A stretch of DNA of 64,000 nucleotides, from positions 62,001 through 126,000 of the forward strand of contig JANHCV010000005.1 in assembly GCA_025594325.1 (NCBI GenBank), read 5' to 3'. Shown here in pieces: positions 56,441 to 64,000 of this stretch (the first letter of the stretch is position 1; every line of letters starts with the position of its first letter). The notes beneath the pieces were generated by a model. It was not told the DNA's origin. It saw only the letters and a list, made by a program, of their open reading frames with translations, and did not search any database. This DNA is from Blastocladiella emersonii ATCC 22665. Taxonomy: Eukaryota; Fungi; Blastocladiomycota. Made by a program: the position numbers and the translations under genes.

Positions 56441-56719
56441 GGCGGGCGGGCGTGTGCTCTCGGTGAGGGGGGCGGGAGAGTGGGGTGATCTTCAGGGGTC
56501 CCTTCGGCAGGGCGGTGTGCGCGAGCGAACGGCGGCGAGAGCGAACGGGCGGAAAGCGGAAGGCGCGCGATCGGGCGGTGGGAACGCGTCGACGCGTCGG
56601 GCACGTGGGCGGCTGCGCGTCAGCTGACCGCGCCGCCGATCGTCGGGGCTTCGCTGTCCTGTCGCCGACGTGTGGTCTCCCCTCCATGCCAGCATCGCCA
56701 CGAAGCGCAACGGAACTCT

Positions 56720-59700
56720 ATGCAACCTGACGATCCCATGAATCCGCCTGCCGAGGCCGGGCCCGCACCCGCTGGCGGCCCCACCAGCCTGTCGGGCATG
56801 CCGCAGATCCCATCGCTGTCCAGCGAGATCCTGCTCACCATCTTTGAGCTGGTTGCCGACTCGCCGCGCACGCTCTGCCAGCTTGAGCGCGTGTGCAAGG
56901 AGTTCCAACGGTTTGCATCCATGTCCTTTGACTCCAAATCCGACCGCTCACCCTCCGATTCAATAGCCTCCTCCGCGAGAATACCGTCTGGCGCGCCGCC
57001 TTCATTGCGTGGAACCGCGGCCTCGCCAAGGACCACCTGGGCCGCCTCCCGACCGTGAGCGACGTGCCCATCCCGTGGCGCGACCTGATGCGCGACCAGC
57101 TCCGCTTCCACAGTCTGTGGCCGCGCTCCGCCAAGCCCTCGTTCCCCTTTGCCAACCTCTCGCCCACGTCGCCCGCCTCGGTCGCCGCGCGCTTCGCCGT
57201 CCAGGCCTCGGCCGCGCCCAACATCTCGCTCCGCGCCCAGCTCGCCGGTTTGTCGGCGACTAAGCCGGGGCTCGAGGAGTGGGACGCCGCGCCGACCGCG
57301 TTTGACACCATCGCCCTCAATTTTAAGCTCGGGCCCAACGACACGCTACGCGCCTTCAAGTGGGTCGTGCAGGACTTTCCGTCGAGCACCGAGCCCGCCG
57401 ACGCCGACGACCCAGGCGTCATTGCCATCCTCACCGAGTGGACGCGCCCGCTCCCGCAGCCCGAGACCCCCGAGGTCCCGACCCCTGGTCGCCCGTTCCG
57501 CCGCCGCCACGAGACCTTCTACGCCGTGTTCATCGTCACGTCGGACGTGTGGATGGCCCGCGTCTGCCACTGCCTGACCGCCTCGGCGCCGCGCGCCACC
57601 CCCGACAACCCGGACCCGGAGAGCATCCCGTACGGCCAGGGCCGCGTCGTCAAGCTGCTCGCCGTCGACCGCAAGGCCCGCAAGTACTGGGTGTGCGACT
57701 GGGACCACTCCAACCACACGCAGCTGATCGTCCGCTCGTTCGACACCCCGCACGAGGAGGAGCTCGCCGAGGAGGCCTACTCGTTCGACTCGCAGATCCA
57801 CTCGCAGGAGCTGTTCCAGACCCCCGACGGCAACCTGCGCCTGCTCTACATTGACCCCGACACGCTCGAGGGCAAGCAGACGGTCCTCGACCAGGACCTC
57901 CGCCCGCTCGCGTCATCGACGTTCCCCGGCCGCGTCACCCACTTCCACTACGACGCCGCCTTCCCCGACTATTTGTTGACGTCCACCATGGATGGATACA
58001 CGCAGGTTTGGTCGCTCGCCAACGCCGATGCGCCCGCCCTGCTGCACTCCAAGGAGGTCATGTTCGACTTCCCCGTCGAGCTGTCCGTGTGGCGCCCGTG
58101 GTGCCGCCCCGCCCTCGCCCGCAAGCTCCTCGCCTCGGCCTCGGCCTCGTCCGCCAACGGCGCCCGCGCGAAGCCGTTCTGGCAGGACGAGCGGTGGCTG
58201 CAGTCGCTGTCGGTGACCATGGAGCACATGCCGCTCGACGGCATCTCGCTGCAGGCCGCCGGGTCGGTCGTCAGCCTCGGCGGCGCGCCCGCCGCGCCCG
58301 GCAGTAGCACGGACCTCGAGCTCGGCGCGACGACGGGTCCCGGCGCCGCCGCTGGCACGGGCCCCGCGGACGTCCGCAACGTCCTGCGGTACCTCGACTT
58401 TTGGGCGTGCCTGCTCGGGTACCACGCGGTGCTGCTGCTCGATTCCAAGGGCGACGTGTGCGTGCGCGACCTCGCGACCGGCGAGTCCCTCGGCGTCCTC
58501 GCGTCGCTCGACGCCACCGCGTGGCAGCAGTTTACGGCGGCCGGCGAGCCCGAGCTCGTGGCCAAGTCCAAGGCGCCGCTCCTGTACGTTTTTCAAACTG
58601 GTCCGCGGCCCGAAGCGTGGCACTGATGTGGATTACGAATGTAGTCACGGTCCGTCGGTCAAGCAGACCAACTACCGGAGCAAGGGCAAGTCGTGCGTCA
58701 CGCCGCGCGCGCCGCCGCTGCGCCGCCAACCCGCGCCCCCGCCTGCGGCGCCGCTCGCGCCGCTGGCCGACTCGGGGTCGGATGACGACGACGACGACGA
58801 GGACGGGACCGACGGCAGCGATGCCGATGCGCCGCCGCCGCCGCCAGCGGCTTTCGCGAACCCGGCGGTGCCGCCCGCACTGGGCGCGCTCGGCCACAAC
58901 ATTGTGCAGAACGCGCAGCAAATCACGGCGCAGGTCCAGGTCGCGACCGCGCAGATGGGCTCGATCATGTCCGGGCTGCTCGCGCTGCACGGGACCATGG
59001 ACGGTGTCGCCGCCGCGGCCACGGCCGCGCTCACGCAGGGCACGGGGCTGCCCGGAGTCCACACCAGCATGGCCGAGGCCCTCAGTACAATCGAGGGCGT
59101 CCTCGCCGCATACACGCAGCTGCAGGGCGCGGTCGGGCTCGCGCACGCTGCCGGGTTCGCGGCGCCCGCCACGCTCCAGCTCGCGGGCCAGGGTATGACC
59201 GCGATCGGGTCCCTCACCCAGGCGCTCGCCGATCTCGCGGGCGCAGCGCTCCCGCCTGCGCAGGCTACCGTGTTCACGGGGCTCGCTGAGGCCGCGCAGG
59301 CGGCGGTCGCGGCGGCGTCGGCGGGGGCGCCGGCTGATCCAGCTGCTGCTGCTGCTGCAGTACCTGCGGCGGCGGTTCCGGTGGCCGAGGCGGGCGGTTT
59401 GGTCCAAAACGACGCGCAAGCAGGACCAGCACCGGCGACGCCCGCGCCCGCAGCAGCGGTACCTCCCGCGGTCGTCGCAGGCGACACAGACGATGAGGAG
59501 GGCGAGGGCGACGTGCACCACCTCGGGACACACGACGATTTCGATGAGGACGAGGACGGGCACGACGATGAGGACGGCGACAACCTGATGCACCATTTCG
59601 TGGACACGCAGGGCACGCCGTTCGGCGACCTCGTGTGGCTCGGCGACGGGTGGGACCGGCTGCTGGCGTACCGCGGGAGCAGGCTGTGCATCCTGGTGCC

Positions 59701-59722
59701 GAGCGAGCGCGAGAGCGAGTAG
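56720..59722 (+). CDS. F-box / beta-propeller (WD40-like) protein, ~960 aa
   Basis: F-box SLSSEILLTIFELV..LCQLERVCKEFQ-R-LLRENTVWR through intron 56911-56966. A second intron 58584-58644 (GTACGT..CACTGAT..TAG) fuses ORFs 57055-58626 and 58628-59722 in frame. WD-like YLLTSTMDGYTQVW. Confidence 0.75.
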
Positions 59723-59760
59723 TTTTGACGAAATATATATAACCGTAGCGAATCTAACCC

Positions 59761-60378
59761 CTACATTTGCCCGGGCCGCACAACCTCGATCTGCACGTTG
59801 TCGAGGCGGTCGAGGTCGAACGTCTCGGAAGCCTTGTCCCACGACACGTTCATGGCGAACTGGTAGCGGCGGACGCAGTCGGTGATCCCCTTCTCGAGCT
59901 CGGACACCTCGGCGAAGGCGCGCTGCTGCGGCGACGCCATCCCGCGCACGGCCTCCCCCGGCACCTTGGGCTGGGTGACGGCGTGCATGGACTCGACGTT
60001 GAGGTCGGGCCGCGACGCGAGGTAGCGGTCCCGCGCGGCGCGCGCGTCGGTGCAGGCGTGCTCGGCGATGCAGTCCTTGAGCGGGGTGCGCACGTACCCG
60101 CACTCGCGCATCATGGCCATGATCAGCACGTTGTCGGCGCGCCGCTTCAGCTTGGCCGCGTCGCCCCGCGCGCCCGCCGCCGACGCCCGCTCGCTCGCGG
60201 CCATCAGGTCCCGATAATCGGGCGCGTCCTTGCCCGACGTGATCGACCGCCGCGAGCACCGGACGAACTTGACGAATAGGTCCGCGCACTGCGCCACCAC
60301 GGCCGCGACGCCTGGGTCCGCCTTGGTCGGCAGCGCGAGATGCACGGGCAGGGGTTGCTGCGGTTGCTCAGATGCCAT
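59761..60378 (-). CDS. Uncharacterised helical protein (~205 aa)
   Basis: ORF with gccgccATGG context and host codon bias; no motif recognised. Confidence 0.65.
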   Translation of the reverse strand: MASEQPQQPLPVHLALPTKADPGVAAVVAQCADLFVKFVRCSRRSITSGKDAPDYRDLMAASERASAAGARGDAAKLKRRADNVLIMAMMRECGYVRTPLKDCIAEHACTDARAARDRYLASRPDLNVESMHAVTQPKVPGEAVRGMASPQQRAFAEVSELEKGITDCVRRYQFAMNVSWDKASETFDLDRLDNVQIEVVRPGQM

Positions 60379-60760
60379 GGCGGCGCTAAGATGATTCATG
60401 GGCCGTCAGCCTGCGTCAGACGGGATTGCATCGAGTGGCATTACATTTTGCAACGGTGGAGCAGAGGATTCGAGAAGCGAGAACGAGGAGAGACACGCGC
60501 GAGACAGATCGCGATGTCGGGGCTCGCGGAAACGTGACCCCGATGATGCACGCGCGATACACGGTGACGCGTCGCGCGTCATTGGCTGGGAAACCGCGGG
60601 TTTCACGTCACGGGCGCGCACGCCGGTGGTCAAAACCCGCGAAGCGCCGCGCGCTTCTCTTCGCCCGCCGACCTCCGCCCGATCCCGCCTCCGCTCCCCG
60701 CTAACCCAAGCTCGGCTCGTCTGACACTCTACGCAAACAACAACCACAAGCACCACCAAG

Positions 60761-61066
60761 ATGCTCTCCCGCGCCGCCCTCGCCGCCCCCACTCGCGCCA
60801 TCGCCATGCGCGCCGCCGCCGCCCGCGCCTACACCGACGACGCCGGCTCGGTCCGCGCCGCCAAGGGCTCGTTCGCCAAGCGTGAGGCCGCGCAAGAGGA
60901 GCAGTTCTTCCGCAAGCGAGAAAGTATCGTTTTATTCGTGCTTCCCGGCGTCTGCTAACCCTCCGTGTCCCTTTAGAACGCCGAGAAGGTCGAGCACCTC
61001 GACGAGGAGCTCAAGGAGCACTATGGCAAGGACGCCGAGAAGGCCGCCGAGAAGAAGGACGAGTAA
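60761..61066 (+). CDS. INH1: Mitochondrial F1Fo-ATPase inhibitor IF1
   Basis: Arg/Ala-rich presequence followed by GSVRAAKGSFAKREAAQEEQFFRKR (IF1 core). The second exon NAEKVEHLDEELKEHYGK..* starts at 60977; joining it in frame needs an intron at 60920-60976. Confidence 0.85.
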
Positions 61067-61247
61067 GCGTTGTTACCCGCCGTCCTCGTCGTTGTCGCCG
61101 CCCGCGCGCAGTTTGTGAATACATCTCAGTTCCCCGTGCACCGACCGTGTGTGATCTGTTGCGAGGCGCGCCACCGATCCTCTCTCCCGCAAACCATGCA
61201 ACTCTATCAGTCTCTCATGCATCGCCGTTGACGAGCTTCTTGCGGAC

Positions 61248-62512
61248 ATGTGCATCGTCTTTTTCGCGTTCGGCGCCGGCATCCACTCCGACTACCGCCT
61301 GTGAGTGCCCTCCTCTCCACCGCGTCGCGGCCCACGTCTCTCACCTCGCGCCTCCGGCAGTATCATTGCGTCCAACCGCGACGAGTACCTCGCGCGCCCG
61401 ACCCACCGCGCCCACCCGTGGCCGCTCGACCAGCACGACGGCCACGTTGTCGTGTGCGGCGTCGATCTCGAGCGCGAGGGTACGCCCGCCCCGATCCCCA
61501 CGATCCTCGCTGCGCCCTGACCCTTTCGCGAGAGTAGAGCGCGGCACCTGGCTCGGCATCACGTCGCACGGCCGCTTCGCCATCGTGACCAACTTCCGCG
61601 AGGACGTGCGCGCGCGCCTCGCCCTCGACGGCAAGGCCGCCTTCACCGACTACCTGTCGCGCGGCCGCCTCGTCTCCGATTTTCTGCGCGGCACCATGTC
61701 GCCCAGCGAGTACATCAACGCGCTGCGCGAGACGGCCTCGGCGTCCGCGACACCCTGGCTCGGATTCAACCTCGTCCTCGGCACGCTCTCGCCCGACGCG
61801 TGCGACGTCTACTACGTGACCAACCGGTCCGCCGCGCCCGAGCGCGAGGCCGCGTCGCCCGCTGCCGGGACCCACGCGTTCGGCCACTCGCTCGCCTCTT
61901 GTAAGCTCGCCGACGGGATCTGGGGGCTGTCGAACGGGACCCTGGTCCCCGCTGAGCGGCTGGGCGGTGGGGACACGGCGGCGCTGAGCCCCGACCTCAT
62001 GGTCCCCGCGTGGCCCAAGGTGCGCCGCGGCGCGACCCGGCTCGGGCGGCTGCTCGCGCACAGTCCGGCGCTCGGCGAGGAGAAGCTTGTCGAGCAGCTG
62101 TGGTGCCTGCTCAAGTACGTTCCCGCGCGCACGCCCTCGCTGGGATGGCCACTCACTCCCGCGCCTCCAACGTAGCGACCCAACCCGCGCCGACCCGGCA
62201 GACCTGCCCGACACCGGTGTCGCGCGCCACATCGAGCTCGGCCTGTCGTCCATCTTCGTCCCTGCGTCGTGCACCGCGACCGAGACCCCCGCCGACTACG
62301 GCACCCGGTCCTCGACCATCGTTTTGGTGAGACCGCAGGGCGACACCGTGTACCTGGAGCGCGAGTGGACCGGCGCGCCGCCCGTGCGCGCGCCCAACTC
62401 GGTGCTCGGCGACGTCGACCGGACCGACGTCGCGCGGCGCCGCGTCGACCAAGACGCGAATGTGGTCGAGTGGCGGTTCCAGATCACTGCCGCGCAGCAG
62501 TCCCGTAGATAG
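61248..62512 (+). CDS. TANGO2: TANGO2 / NRDE-family protein (DUF833)
   Basis: MCIVFF..YRLIIASNRDEYLARPT..RGTWLGIT..GRFAIVTNFRE..SRGRLVSDFL..GFNLV..GLSNG..WPKV..YGTRSSTIVLV. Introns 61301-61360, 61480-61537 and 62115-62175. Confidence 0.95.
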
Positions 62513-62556
62513 ATCGTGTCTCGCAGAAGACGCACGCAGTCTGTATACATCCCCCT

Positions 62557-64000
62557 TCACCCGCGCTTGACGCGCAACACCCCGCTCTCCGCAATCTCGC
62601 CGTCGATCGCGGTCCGCACCCACCCGTCCTTGGTCCCGCGCGCGCCCGTCCCCGTGCTCGTGCGCACCCACACCTTGCCGCGGCGGTGCGCGGCCTCGGC
62701 CTCGTCGCCCGCCACCAGCTTGAGCTCGGCGTGCGTCAGGACCGCGCCGACCGTCGTCCACCCGTCGGTTTCCGGGTGCGCGATCACGCCCGCGCCCGCC
62801 GTCATGCTCGTGCACCCGAGCACCGCGCGCGGGCCCCACGCGCGGACCACGCTGACGCCTGCGAGTGCCGCCCACGTCTCATCGTCGCTGTCGGTCCCCG
62901 CGACGTCGTCCTCGTCGAGCAGGTAAACGACCTCGCGCAGCCACTCGCCCGTCGCCTTTCCGCGGAACGACTCGCCGAACGCGAGCCGCTGCAGCGGGAG
63001 CATTTCGGCGTACGTCGGCCGCACGCCCGCGCGGCGCACCGCGGACAGGTGCTGCCGCGCGTACGCCGACAGCGGCCACGTCAGCGACGCGAGGTGAGAC
63101 GTCGGGAGCGAGGCCAGGGATTGGGAGAGCGCGGAGCGGCCGGCAGAAGTCGAGGTCACGGCGAGGTGCGGCGCGCGCGAGGTCAGGAGCGCGGGCGAGA
63201 TGGGGTCGCGCGTCAGCAGGATCGACGGACCGCGCGAGAGGAGGCACATGAGGTAGATCGTCGACGACTAGACACCGCGGGGTTAGTCTGGGCGTCGCTG
63301 TGCACGAGAGCTTCGCAGCGTACCATGGTCGACTTCTCCGACCGCTCCACGAGCGTGAGATACCCCTGGCCCAGCTGATCCGCGCGCATCGTCGCCGCCG
63401 CCACGCCCGCAAGCGCAGCCAGCGCGTCGGCCGCAACAAAGTCGTTGACCCACTTGTCGCGCGGCGCGAGCGGCGTCGGCTCGCGCACGCCCGAGGCCGG
63501 CGCGGCCGCGGCGAGGGTCTCGAGGACCGAGACGGACGCGAACCCCGCGGGAACCGTCTCCGATTGCGGGATCACGACTGGGACGTGCTGCAGCGACGCG
63601 GCGGCGAGAACGGCGTGCGCCGAGGCCGGCGCGAGGATCACGGCGGGACGTTCCGAAGCGGTGGCGGCAAAGTACGCTACGAGCGCGGCGGGCGTGATGG
63701 GCTCGGCGGGGACGAGCTGCGACAGGCCGTACCCGATGCACGCTAGGTTCGCCAGCTCGGAGCCCAGCGTGCCGGGCGCGAGGAGGTTGAGGACGGGCGC
63801 GCGCGGCGTGGCGTCGTCGTTGTCGGTGTTGCCGACGAGGGCGCGGAGCGCCGAGCCGAGGTTCTTGACCTGCGTGTACAGCTCGTCTACGGATCGTAAG
63901 CCAGTCGTGTCGCGGTACCCTCAAGCGACGATCACGTACTGTAGGTCAGCGGCTTCCCAGCATCACCAACGACCTCGACCGTCTCGTTGGTCCCGGGCGT
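62557..64000 (-). CDS. Degenerate AMP-binding (long-chain acyl-CoA synthetase-like) protein, 5' end outside window
   Basis: After splicing (introns ~63889-63947 and 63268-63323): A1-like LTYNELYTQVKNLGSALRAL, and a C-terminal VGAVLTHAELKLV..GKVWVR..DGWVRTAIDGEI..GVLRV that parallels ANL motifs A6-A8. Confidence 0.6.

Noticed and set aside
58628-59722. Stand-alone 364-aa gene
   Set aside because: Starts with GTG inside a predicted intron; better explained as the last exon of the upstream F-box gene.
1-64000. CRISPR arrays, rRNA, tRNA, intact transposons, telomeric repeats
   Set aside because: No regularly spaced repeat-spacer pattern, no tRNA cloverleaf with T-loop, no transposase/RT/integrase motifs, no TIR or LTR pairs seen by eye. 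tRNAscan-SE and RepeatMasker would be needed to exclude them formally.

Overview
Eukaryotic, very GC-rich, gene-dense fungal DNA. Introns are short (mostly 55-90 nt) GT..AG with CTAAC/CTGAC branch points. Gene content, including a class C GPCR, suggests an early-diverging zoosporic fungus such as Blastocladiomycota; this is an inference. About 27 genes were reconstructed by hand, with splice junctions. Recognisable housekeeping genes: RET3/zeta-COP, RLI1/ABCE1, CRM1, MCM6, RPL4, an ETT1/Nro1-like gene, INH1/IF1, TANGO2, two ABCC transporters and a CAMK-group kinase. Two visibly less GC-rich accessory islands (~14.9-17.2 kb and ~44.1-53 kb) hold decayed genes, an F-box/LRR paralog pair and a divergent RhoGAP-like gene. 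Highlights: (1) a Venus-flytrap class C GPCR with a PH-like domain fused to its cytoplasmic tail; (2) an intronless orphan Pol-beta-superfamily nucleotidyltransferase head-to-head with RPL4; (3) a tandem pair of Cys-rich single-pass surface proteins with a shared intron position; (4) an apparent non-canonical GA-AG intron needed to make IF1; (5) a pseudogene with giant-virus-like CxH/CxxC repeats; (6) CRM1 with Val at the leptomycin-B cysteine. I found no rRNA, tRNA, CRISPR array or intact transposon by eye. All family assignments come from motif recognition without database searches.
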